Of a stretch of 64,000 nucleotides of DNA, positions 29,336 to 38,860 are shown one piece after another. A model generated the notes under the pieces. The model saw only the letters and a program-made list of their open reading frames with translations. It did no database searches and had not been told where the DNA came from. A program made the position numbers and the translations under genes. Within the stretch, counting starts at the first letter, position 1; every line of letters begins with the position of its first letter. This stretch comes from an uncultured delta proteobacterium (GTDB lineage Bacteria > Desulfobacterota > Binatia > Binatales > Binataceae). The stretch spans positions 1,408,001 to 1,472,000 of the forward strand of contig CAWJET010000002.1 in assembly GCA_963842085.1 (NCBI GenBank). The letters run 5' to 3'.

Positions 29336-29754
29336 AAAGGCGCCCCATTTCGCTCCGGTTGGCGAGCCGATACGCCGGCCAGACAATGGCCGAATTCGCC
29401 GGCACGGCGACGGTCTTTTTGCTGCTGCTCTTCGGCATCATGGAAATGGCGCTGGCGGTGAACGCATACAACAACGTATGCACGGCTGCGCGTGAGGCGG
29501 CTCGCTACGCAATCGTTCACAGTCCCACCAGTGCCGTCCCGGAGAGTAATAGTACTATCGCCGGGATCGCCGTGAACTACGCGCCCTTTCTGACTACGAG
29601 CGACGTCACCATTTCATTTCCAAGCGATGCGGAGATCCCTTCGCAAAAAGACGCGCTGATCCAGATCACGCACACCTACCGGCTGCACGTTCCTTTCATG
29701 TCTGCCGTCAATCTCCACCTTAGCGCCAGTTCGCGAATGCTTGTTTCGCAGTAG
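29332..29754 (+). CDS. tadE: TadE-family pseudopilin
   Basis: GQTMAEFA...FGIME...AAREAARY; ATGA overlap with the upstream gene. Confidence 0.88.
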   Translation: MKRRPISLRLASRYAGQTMAEFAGTATVFLLLLFGIMEMALAVNAYNNVCTAAREAARYAIVHSPTSAVPESNSTIAGIAVNYAPFLTTSDVTISFPSDAEIPSQKDALIQITHTYRLHVPFMSAVNLHLSASSRMLVSQ

Positions 29755-29976
29755 CAAGCGGATTCCCTACCTCGATCCCGGGTAATCAGAGTGCTCCGTA
29801 TATCCGCGCTTCAGGGCGCCGGGTCTCAGAGCTTCGTGGGTTGGGAGCTGACCTGGTCGGGGGACAGCTATCTTTCCACGGCATGACGGACCCTGTTCAG
29901 AAATATGGATCAGATCGCGAGGCGAATTTCCGAAGAAAGGGCCACCTGCGACAACAGCTTCAGGCCGAGGAGCTTT

Positions 29977-30288
29977 TCAGACGAATTGCGGTATCCCGCC
30001 GGCGCATCCACCGCCGCCCACCGTTCCGACTTGCCCCGGGCCGAGCATGTCGGTGACTTCTTCCTCCAGCACATCCTGGAGCCAGCTCTGAATCCTGCTC
30101 CGCGTAAATTCCTCCAAGCTTCCCCACTGTGGGCGCTTCGCTAACTCCCTGCTTGACCGACGGCGCTCTGCTCGGTTTATGCTCTGCATCGGCGGTGTCC
30201 TCCTTCCTGCCGGTTCTCCAGCTGGGTCTCGTCTACCCGGAAGGTTACGCCGCCCTTTCTCTATTTCCACACCTCTCGGTTCTACCTC
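29977..30288 (-). pseudogene. IS256-family left end with frameshifted transposase N-terminus
   Basis: LEEFTRSRIQSWLQDVLEEEVTDMLG, then another frame KSER..VDAPAGYRN; AGGAGG RBS; end GAGGTAG..GTGTGGAAA. Confidence 0.7.
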
Positions 30289-30702
30289 ATCTGCGTCCCG
30301 CGGTGATCCAGGAGACGGTCGCGCCGATGCCATAATGCGACGGTCGAGTACTATCGGCCATTGGCATGCGCCAACCGTATTTCCGTCATCATCATCGGCG
30401 AATGTGCCGATAAACGGAAGCGTCTCAGCAAAACGGTCGTGCGGGCATTGTGTTAGCGAACACCCGTCCGTCTTCTCTCTTCTGATGACTAATTGGTTCT
30501 TACTTCGGATAGGCCTTCGGCTTCGCTCAGAACTTGTGAGTTCTTTTGGTTTGCGCGGATCGCGATTCCGGACAGTGCCTTGGCCGGCTTCATCATCTCG
30601 TCGAGTTGCAGAAGGCAGCACCACGAACCTGAGCGAAGTGTCTTTCTCAAAGGCACAAGGGTCTCCGGTAGAATTGGCCCGGCGATGTCTTGGAAATCCC
30701 GC

Positions 30703-30876
30703 AAAAGACTGTCAGTTGCTGTCAGTGCTCAATAGACGCGAACCACCATTGCGATTCTCGGAGCCTTTTCCATATTTTCCGTGGGAAAACCGGCCAAAAT
30801 GTGCCAGGAGGTCGGCTTTTCCGCGTCTTGTGCTGCGAGGCTACGGACGGTCACTGACAGCAACTGACAGTCTTTT
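30703..30876. repeat. Perfect 25-bp inverted repeat with internal tandem CTGTCAGT units (candidate origin)
   Basis: AAAAGACTGTCAGTTGCTGTCAGTG at 30703-30727 and its reverse complement at 30852-30876. Confidence 0.85.
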
Positions 30877-32711
30877 CCCGGGTTCAGAAGCACAGACCAA
30901 GGATACCAGGCGTCTGCCCCGGATATCGGCGGGGCTGAACTGAATGTCGATTCCGACTGCGCGCAGGTTGCTTGCCATGCGGCGCAGCGCGCTGCCCAGC
31001 GCACTGGGCGCCTTGGGCCAGCGTACCGAGCGGCGCATGCTTTCGCTCATCATGCCGGTGAGCCGCGCGTGCAGTTCTGTGACCGTCCCGCTGAAGCCCT
31101 CCCGGGCCAGTTGGGCAACAGGCTCGTACAAGGGCGAGGAGTCAAGCGCCAGGTTGTGCGTCTCTGGAGTTGACCCGGTTTCGTGGAGTGTGTTGGGGAA
31201 GAGAGTGAGGGCTGGGGCCGAAAAGCTGGTACCAGATGAACATCAAAACGGAACTCTCGACGAGACAAAACCAATGAACTAAAACCAAGCCCTAAACCGT
31301 CCACCGAAACGGGGCAGCTCCACTCGGTGCGGTTGGACTGGTAGGTAGCCAGGGCCTCTCCTGGTTTCATACCGAGGCTTTCCTCGCACGCCTTTACCCA
31401 GAGCGCGAAGTCGGCCATCCGCGGCGGCTGCTCGAGCGTGACATTGGGCAGGTTCCCAAGTCCGGCCACAACCGCATCGAGCAATGCACCGAGGATGCGC
31501 GGTTGTGCCTCCTCGAAATCGCGCCAGAACTGGGCTTCGTCGCGGCGCCTCTCGGGCTTGAGGTCGAGCAACTCCACGATCACTGCGCGATCAAGAAAGT
31601 CGGGGCGTGCGGCACCCAGGTCGGGAATCGCGTTGAACACTATGGGCCGGGTAGCGTCGAAGATCGCTTCCTCATGATCGCTGTAGAGTTCCCGGCCACC
31701 GAAGCCGCCGCCGGTGGCCAGCCGGCAAGCTGCATCGGCGAGTTCGTCGGGCAGGTGGCTCAGGTTATCGAAGCAGACGAGCCAGGAGTTCCTTGCCGCC
31801 GCCGTCAGATCGCGGACTTCACGGGGGACGCCGCGCAGGGCCCCGGTGCGCGGGTCGACCAGCGCGCTGATGATTCTGCACGCGGTGGTCTTGCCCGCTC
31901 CCTGCTCACCCTTGGCGACCAGGATGGGGCACGGTACGCCGGGCCGCAGCGCCGCGACCAGAAAGGTCTTGATCAGAGTCCAGCCCTGGTGGTCGACGTT
32001 CAGGAAGCGGCGTAATTCGTCGACATCGCCGCCGCGCTCGGGTGTGGGCAGCGGCCGGGAGCCGCGGGTGCGATTAAATCTCGGCGGCGGTCGATTTACA
32101 ATCCGCCACCCGTCGGCGTCGATCTCGACCGCCCGCCAGGCGCGTTCGCAGAGGTCGAGATAAAGTTTGCCTCGGTGATTTGCGACCCGGATATTGATGG
32201 GAGATTCCTCGCCGTCAAACAAGGCTTTGGCCTCGAACAGCTCCAGCGTGGCGCGGATGGCTTGCGCGCCGGGACTGTTGCCGGTCTCCCGGTAATAGGT
32301 CCGCAGCAGGAAGAGCTGAAAGTGGCGGGAGCGGATGGGGTGATTCTCGAAGTGCCCATCGACCCGAACGCAAGCCCAGCCGTGTTGGTCGGGATCGTGG
32401 AAGAACTCGATTCCAGACTCGAGCACAAGTCCGATCAGTCTGTCGGCAGCCGAGCCGCCGTCGCCGTGCTCCACGGGCACCGGACCGCCGAGCATGTGCT
32501 CGAGTAGGTCCGCTTTTTCGTATTTCTCGAGAATCCTGCGCCAGTGTTGCCAGGTGAGCGGATCCCCGCGCCTGACCGCGGCAAAGGAGAGTACCGCCTC
32601 GGTCGAGACCAGCCGCTCGGGATCTTCCGCGACTACCGGCTCAAGTTCGCGCAGGAACAGCAGGGCCAGCTCGACCGCGATGCTGCGCGATGATTCGCCT
32701 GCTGCACTCAT
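30841..32711 (-). pseudogene. Phage/plasmid-type P-loop ATPase (SF3 helicase-like), interrupted by a MITE
   Basis: GEQGAGKT, FDNLS, LATGGG..RELY, DRA; removing 31165-31322 and one CTC restores a 569-aa frame. Confidence 0.85.
31165..31322. mobile_element. 158-bp IS3-type MITE
   Basis: TG...CA ends; IRs TGGAGTTGACCCGGTTTCGTGGA / TGGAGCTGCCCCGTTTCGGTGGA; 3-bp CTC target duplication. Confidence 0.88.
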
Positions 32712-32715
32712 CTTT

Positions 32716-33213
32716 TCAGAGCCCGGGTACCAGCTTTCTGGCCTTGGCCCGGTTGCAGCGCCGGCAGAGCGTCTGAAGGTTGGATTCTTCGGTCTTGCCC
32801 CCCTTGCTGATCGGAACGATGTGATCCATTTCCAGCTTGATCGCCCGCCTGCATTTCCGGCATCGTCCTCCGTCGCGCACCAGCACTGCCGCGCGCATGC
32901 TGTCGGGCACTCGCCGGTTCGCAACGCGGTCCTGCCAGCTCGGCCTCTCCACCGCGGCGAAGTCGACGAAGGCGGCGAACGCGCTTAAGTCCAAGGGTTC
33001 GGTCGCCCCTATCAACCGCTCCAACTTGACCGGACTGTTAGGCAGCAGATTGTTCATGCGCGCCGAGAGCAGCAGCAAACACAGCAGGTGGGCCTTGCGC
33101 GCGTCGGGCAACTGACGGAACCGGATGTCGTTCAACAGCTCGTAGGGCAGCTTGAGCTCTCTGCGGGTGCGCTCGAACTGGCGGAAATTGCGAAAGCCGA
33201 AAAATTCCTGCAT
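32716..33213 (-). CDS. HNH endonuclease with an N-terminal domain resembling phage replication proteins
   Basis: RDGGRCRKC..DHIVPISKGG...NLQTLCRRCN..K; N-terminal assignment from recalled similarity only. Confidence 0.85.
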   Translation of the reverse strand: MQEFFGFRNFRQFERTRRELKLPYELLNDIRFRQLPDARKAHLLCLLLLSARMNNLLPNSPVKLERLIGATEPLDLSAFAAFVDFAAVERPSWQDRVANRRVPDSMRAAVLVRDGGRCRKCRRAIKLEMDHIVPISKGGKTEESNLQTLCRRCNRAKARKLVPGL

Positions 33214-33219
33214 GACGGT

Positions 33220-34105
33220 CTATTGCCGGCTGGGGTCGATGAAGTTGATCTTCACGACCGCGACCGGTGCGGTAGGGTTCGAGGTTGACGCCGCGGAGCT
33301 CCGGTACCGCCGAGTAATCGACCGCGCCTTTGCGTGAGCTCTTCACGACTTCGACGCCGCAGCCGTAGGTGCGCCGCGCGGTCGCCAGACACGCAAGCGT
33401 TGCGCGCAGCCTGTGCTCCTCGGCTGCTGCGCTTTCCAGCCGGAGTCTGACTTCACGGTAACGGAGTGCGGCGTGACGCCACTTCGGCTCCGCGCTCAGA
33501 TCCAGTTCCTCGTGGGCCAGTTCGGGGGCCAATTCCGGCCAGCGGTTTTCCTGCACCAGCTGCCAGAACGCCGCCTCTGCCTCTACCAGCCGCTTGGTGT
33601 ATTCCCGGTCGGGGCGTATTTCGACCAGGACTCCGTCGGTCCCGTGGAATGACCAGTAGTGCGCCTGTGCTGCTCCGGAGACCTCCAGTTGATGCTGTAG
33701 TTGCGCATGGTACTGGGAAGGGATGCGACCTTGCTCAGCTGATGCGCGATCGCGGGGGCTGAGCGGGCATTTAATCTCCAAAAGCGTGGAGCCGTCGAAG
33801 CTGAGCCCGTCCAACGACGCCCGCATCCACTCGAACTCCCGGTGGACCAGGCACAGTGGCTCGACTTGGATCCCTGTTTGTCGCTCGTACGCGCGACGGG
33901 CGAAACGCTCCAGCTCGCGACCGCGTCGCGCTGCCGGACCTGCGGAAGCTTCCTGCGTACGCCCGGTTTTTATCGACCACAGCGTTCTCGGGGTCTTGAA
34001 CGCGGTCTCGCCCATGATCACCGGAGCGTCGCTGGCTCCAATCCCCTGCCTGCGCCAGCGGTGCCATTCGGGCGTGTTCTGATGCAGCCGCTCAATCCTG
34101 GGCAT
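33220..34105 (-). CDS. YqaJ/lambda-exonuclease-family viral recombinase, probable frameshift near the C-terminus
   Basis: EWHRWRRQGIGASD, G..LE, ASLDG, LEIKCP, Y.AQLQHQL; an alternative frame PVAVVKINFIDPSRQ* stops at 33220, just before the HNH start. Confidence 0.9.
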
Positions 34106-35201
34106 GCACCGTCTCCTGATTGCCGCGCTTGGCTAGTTTGCGATTGAGCACTTCGAGCGCGCGCCGGTAGGCGGTCTCGGTCATTTCGCCGAGTGATGCA
34201 ACTTTGTAGTACGCCAGTACCCGTTCGAGCTCGGTCCCGGTATCGTCGATCAGTTTCTTGAGTTCGCGACCTTGTTCGCCGCTGATGAGACGTTCGGGAT
34301 TGGTTGTCGTGAAGCGGGCATCCAGCCGCTCATCTTCCGGGTCATCGCCGGTGGCCAACAGAAACGATTGGAGCAGGGCGTACTTCAACGCCCCGGTCAT
34401 CGCCTTGTACGGCGCCTTGTCGCCGGGGTCGAGTCCCTGGCCCGCGACCTTCGCGATGAGCTCCTCACCGCTGTCGACATCGGCGAAGGTGTAGGCCATC
34501 ACCACCCGCGCCGTCCGGCTCGCCTCTCCCCGGCCCACTGCCGATTCGTAGGAGATGTCTTCGAGTGTGGGGATTACGACGACCCCAAGTTCGGCGAGTA
34601 TGTCGCCGACTGAGCCGGCGATATCGGCGGCGGTGACGTAGCTGTAGTTCTGGCGCTCATTGTGGCCGCGCTTCTGGACGTAGCCGATGCGCCGGCGAAC
34701 TTCGGCGAGCTTTTGCCGGAGATTCAATCGCAGGGGAGCTTCGGAAGGCGCAATATTGGAAGTTGGTGCGCTCGCCTCGACGACAGACGGTCCTTCCGCC
34801 GCACGCGCTTCGGGCTGTGCGGTCACGACCTGTAACGCTTGCTGCTCACGACCGCCGCCGCGATTCTTTTTCAAGAGCCGCTTGGCGCCGCCGTTTTTTC
34901 CCTTTGCCTGCCCTTCCTTCAGCGAAGCCTCCAGTAGCGACTCGAGTTCGGTCTTCTCCGTCCCAGGGAGGTGTTCGACCTCGATTGGCTTCGTCTCGCC
35001 CTTATCCAACAACTGATGCACGTTTCCTTCCTCGTCCACGTAAACTCCCTCCTGTTGATTGACGCTCGTGACCGGTCGGCTGAGCAGCGTTTGAACTTCT
35101 GGATAGTCTGCCCTGCGGACTGGGAACCACTTCTTCGGCTCGACTCCGTTTTCGATGAGCACACAAAGATAACTACAGCGATAGTCCAGGCTAGCCCTCA
35201 T
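34092..35201 (-). CDS. ERF-family single-strand annealing protein with long N-terminal extension
   Basis: KLAEV...VQK.G.N..QNYSYVTAADI, G.G.D.GDKAPYKAMTGALKYALLQSF...GDDPE; AGGAG RBS. Confidence 0.9.
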   Translation of the reverse strand: MRASLDYRCSYLCVLIENGVEPKKWFPVRRADYPEVQTLLSRPVTSVNQQEGVYVDEEGNVHQLLDKGETKPIEVEHLPGTEKTELESLLEASLKEGQAKGKNGGAKRLLKKNRGGGREQQALQVVTAQPEARAAEGPSVVEASAPTSNIAPSEAPLRLNLRQKLAEVRRRIGYVQKRGHNERQNYSYVTAADIAGSVGDILAELGVVVIPTLEDISYESAVGRGEASRTARVVMAYTFADVDSGEELIAKVAGQGLDPGDKAPYKAMTGALKYALLQSFLLATGDDPEDERLDARFTTTNPERLISGEQGRELKKLIDDTGTELERVLAYYKVASLGEMTETAYRRALEVLNRKLAKRGNQETVHAQD

Positions 35202-35283
35202 ATTTATCTCCTTGGCGATGCTCCCTCTTTCACCATTGACGTCATTTCTGTTTAGATTCCGAAATTCCTGCTTACGCTATGGT

Positions 35284-35328
35284 ATATTACTAAAAGGTAG
35301 ACTACGAAGCAATACCTAAAAGTAATAT
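35284..35328. promoter_or_regulatory. Operator-like imperfect inverted repeat in a divergent promoter
   Basis: ATATTACTAAAAGGTA (35284-35299) and TACCTAAAAGTAATAT (35313-35328); each contains TAC-N6-GTA. Confidence 0.55.
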
Positions 35329-35360
35329 GTTTCCAACGAGGGTCGGTGGAGCGGGAAAGC

Positions 35361-35513
35361 GTGGCCAAGGTCAAATTGTCAGGTTATCGTTGCGAGCGGT
35401 GCGGACACGAATGGTTGCCGCGAGAAGCTGGCCAAGAACCGCGAGTCTGTCCTCGCTGCAAGTCTCCGTACTGGAACAGGCCTAGGAAGAATCCGAGACC
35501 GTCCGGTAAATGA
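35361..35513 (+). CDS. 50-aa C4 zinc-ribbon protein (absent from the ORF track)
   Basis: Hand translation: MAKVKLSGYRCERCGHEWLPREAGQEPRVCPRCKSPYWNRPRKNPRPSGK*; GGAG upstream. Confidence 0.8.
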   Translation: MAKVKLSGYRCERCGHEWLPREAGQEPRVCPRCKSPYWNRPRKNPRPSGK

Positions 35514-35702
35514 CAACACTTGGGATGAGCGCGGGTCAATTGTTCGATCGAGCAGTTCGTCGGCGAAGAAGAGGAATAGGCCTGAGTGGAAGGCGGTTAT
35601 TTTTCTAGCCGGTTTCCACCGTACTGGAGGAGTTCCGCAGGCTACCTCGCCATCACCTACGACGCACCAACACCCGCGCGCTTCGCCGCTGATTCGATCG
35701 CG

Positions 35703-36000
35703 TCAACGATCCTGGAATAGAGCGCGGTCGGCAGGTCGTGCCCCATGCCTGGAATTTCGATCAGCTCCGCGCCTGCGATATTCGCCGCCGTATCGCGGCC
35801 GCCCTCGATCGGAGCGGATCATCCGCGCCGTGAATGACAACCGTGGGCGCCTTGATCCGATTGAGCGACACGCGGCGATCGCCGTTGACCAGCGCGGCAG
35901 CCATCTGCCGGGAAAAGCCCGCTGGATAATTCGAACGCTTGAAATCCTCGGCCACGCGCCGGCGTATTTCATTTTCGTCATTAGGATAGCCGGAGCTGCC
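35703..36000 (-). pseudogene. Alpha/beta hydrolase C-terminal fragment, frameshifted
   Basis: PTVVIHGADDPL, then another frame GGRDTAANIAGAELIEIPGMGHDLP. Confidence 0.75.
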
Positions 36001-36540
36001 GATCGACGCGCGGTGCCGACTATCACCGGCACGAGGCCGCCCGCAATTTGCAGCTGCAATGGAATGTTCTCGAATGGACCGCGCGGCCGCAGCGGTCTCG
36101 CGTTGAGCCAATCGAAGGTGAATTCATCCGGGACAAAGACGTTTCCGAATAAGTACGCAATCGTTGCAGCCGGTGCCAAGCATTCCGGCAGTCGACCAAG
36201 CGTCGAGAATTCTCGCCTGCTTGAGCGCACCATCGCGCAGGAGGACTAGCCCTGTCGCCATCAGATAGGTCGCGTGTTCCGAGCCACTCGCCATAGTTGG
36301 CCGTTCCGCTGAAACGCCATCCGCCCTCAACTGGCACCGCCAAGGTTGTCATCGGATTCAGCGAACCGGCGCTTGGTAGCGCCAGCATTGCCACGCGCGC
36401 GAGCATGGCCGTGATGGCGCTGTGACAATATACTCGCCGTATTCAGCGGGCGGATGTCGCGGCTGCGAAATCCGCTCGGTCAGGCTGCGTCCTTGGTCTG
36501 ACGCGACCTGACCGGACATTTGATCTTCGCCGATGTGCGT

Positions 36541-38172
36541 CTAAGTAGTGCCGATGGGGATCAACCGGGAGACCGTAAGATCGTTCGCGATTTGCTGGAA
36601 GATCTGGTTCAAGGTACCGGTCGATCGAGCATATGAGGCGCAGCCAGACTTGGTAGATGTGACGTCGGTGAAGAAGTTCGAGTTATTCTGCTCGTAGCTG
36701 CCCGACGACGTGGGCGAGTTTGCGATACCCTGCATCGTGCAGACTGGGCTGGAATATGTACCGGTGTCAGTCGTGCATCCCGTTGTCGCCGCGCCATAGG
36801 CGACTGCGTATACCGTGGTTCCCGCTGCCGCAGCGGCTTGGGATGCCGCTACTGCCTGGGCGCACTGCCCCGTCGCTGAGTAAACCTTCGATGGCGCAGG
36901 GTTTGGCGCCTCCATCCCTGCGGTTGGCGTAGCATTTGCTTCGCCATCGCTGACGAGGATCAGCACGTTCTTCGTTTGCACCCCTGCGCTGGCGCGCACG
37001 GTTTGTTGAGCAATGAGCGCGCTTTGTGCCGTATTAATCACGCCCGCGTAGAAGGTTCCCTCACCGCCCGGAGCTCCCAGGCCCGCGCTGCAACCGCCGC
37101 CGGCCGCGATCACGAGGTCGGAGCTGGCATACAGCGAAGTCGCTGTGTCGGAAGTGCGGTAGTCGCTCGAGAACGGAACGATCTGGTAGACGGGCGGGTT
37201 AAGGGTAGTAGCGCAAGTGGTCCCCTTGCCACTGCCTGTGCAACAAGGAACTGGTTTGCCTGAGCCTGTGCAATTGGAGGCATTGAAAAACTCGTTGTAC
37301 GAGGTAATCGGAGGGTTAGTAGTAGGGCATTTTATATCATCCTGAACATTCCCGATCGATGTCCCGCTCGCAGCCAATCCGGGAAACGTAAACAGCGCGA
37401 CTTCATCGACCGGGTTGTTCTCGACGTTGGTCGCAGTTTCGTTGCCACTCGCCGGCGTGGGAACCGCAACGGAGCTGGCTGTGGTCGCGCCGCAGCTTGT
37501 CAACCCTCCGGGACAGGGCGAGAGCGTGCTCAGCAGAACCTGGACGCCTTGCAACGCGCATTGGATTCTTTCTTTACCGCAATTTCCGCTGTCGCTCTGA
37601 GTCATCGAGTTCGTCGTGTCAACGATGATCGCCACGTTGTACGGGCCATTGAATCCGCCCTTTGCGCTCGCCATCGCGGTTGCCGAGAGGTTCCAGGTAT
37701 CGAAGCCGAGCACTCTGGCGAATGTCGTCGGCACTTTGGCTGTCTCCGTCACGGTCATCGCATTCATGCCAATCGAATAGGCGTTACAGGCGGGAACCCC
37801 CATGGCGACGGCGGCTTTGCTCGTCAGGCACTTCGTCGTAGCCGTCACCTTAACATTGGTCAGCGTACTGGAATTGGCGTTTGCATCCCCACTAGCGCCG
37901 CCGTAGCTCGTCGCGGTCGCTTCTGCTTCGCTTGATGTCTCACCGTCATTGGACATCACCGCGCCTCCCGCTAAGGCCGCCGCCTGGGTTTGAACCAGGA
38001 GCTGTTGATAGGCGTAATAGGCACGACCGACGTCGACTACGAACGCGACCGCTGCGAGAAGGCCGACCAAGGCGCCCGCGACCAGCACAATCGACTGCCC
38101 GCGCGGGCTGCCGCGCAGCCAGCGGACGATAAACTCATTGTTTCGGCCAAAAGATCCGTTGTTTTCTTTCAT
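36541..38172 (-). CDS. tadG: TadG-like pseudopilin with vWA-like domain
   Basis: RGQSIVLVA..., VDVGRAY, AAALAG; MIDAS-like IIVDTTNS and LVSDGEAN; ATGA overlap with tadE. Confidence 0.85.
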   Translation of the reverse strand: MKENNGSFGRNNEFIVRWLRGSPRGQSIVLVAGALVGLLAAVAFVVDVGRAYYAYQQLLVQTQAAALAGGAVMSNDGETSSEAEATATSYGGASGDANANSSTLTNVKVTATTKCLTSKAAVAMGVPACNAYSIGMNAMTVTETAKVPTTFARVLGFDTWNLSATAMASAKGGFNGPYNVAIIVDTTNSMTQSDSGNCGKERIQCALQGVQVLLSTLSPCPGGLTSCGATTASSVAVPTPASGNETATNVENNPVDEVALFTFPGLAASGTSIGNVQDDIKCPTTNPPITSYNEFFNASNCTGSGKPVPCCTGSGKGTTCATTLNPPVYQIVPFSSDYRTSDTATSLYASSDLVIAAGGGCSAGLGAPGGEGTFYAGVINTAQSALIAQQTVRASAGVQTKNVLILVSDGEANATPTAGMEAPNPAPSKVYSATGQCAQAVAASQAAAAAGTTVYAVAYGAATTGCTTDTGTYSSPVCTMQGIANSPTSSGSYEQNNSNFFTDVTSTKSGCASYARSTGTLNQIFQQIANDLTVSRLIPIGTT

Positions 38173-38690
38173 TGTACAAACACCGCTGTTTGCGCTGTGA
38201 GGGTGCAACTAGGTGCGTAATTGTGTCCGTAGATTACGATGCTGCACGGATAAGTAGTCGTTACCTTGGCAGTTTGGCCTTCCACTAATGAGGCGCTGGT
38301 GCACGACGTCCCCGTATATGCACTCCCGTACTTAATCGGGGATCCGGTGCCCAGTGCAATCGAGAAGGTGAGCTTCGACGACTTGAGATATGGCGCTGCT
38401 TGTTCCACCGCTGCGCTAGTCGTCTGGCATGGGTCTGTGGTTTGCCCTCGGCTAATTGAGAGAAGCTGCGCACCGGCATTCGTAGCATATGTCAGCGTCA
38501 GATAGTTATTGAAAGCAACCCCTAACACCACCAGGGCTATAAGGAGCGTCAGCAGCAGCGGTGCCACGATAGCGAACTCGACCATCGCCTGGCCTTCCCC
38601 GCCGGGAACTCGACCACGGGTCTGCTTATCGCTAGAGCGTGTTTCGACGCGCGCTCGCGGTGAAACAGCAATCCGCCTCCGTCTGTTCAT
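38169..38690 (-). CDS. tadE: TadE-family pseudopilin
   Basis: GQAMVEFAIVAPLLL...ATNAGAQ. Confidence 0.88.
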   Translation of the reverse strand: MNRRRRIAVSPRARVETRSSDKQTRGRVPGGEGQAMVEFAIVAPLLLTLLIALVVLGVAFNNYLTLTYATNAGAQLLSISRGQTTDPCQTTSAAVEQAAPYLKSSKLTFSIALGTGSPIKYGSAYTGTSCTSASLVEGQTAKVTTTYPCSIVIYGHNYAPSCTLTAQTAVFVQ

Positions 38691-38860
38691 TTCCGTCGTC
38701 TCATGCGTACGGTTCCCGCGTACAGAATGGCTACCTACCCCTAGGATTTGGCGTATCCTTTTTCATAGACGACCTCATATTCATTCGCTCAACAGACTGG
38801 AACGCCCCCCGCTCTCGTGACGCAGCCTCACAGGAGCTCAAAGCCGGGCCCTCCACAAGA

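Noticed and set aside
31050-32924. Track ORF as a single 624-aa protein
   Set aside because: Its N-terminus overlaps the HNH gene and its tail is MITE read-through. The true gene is 32711-30841, interrupted.
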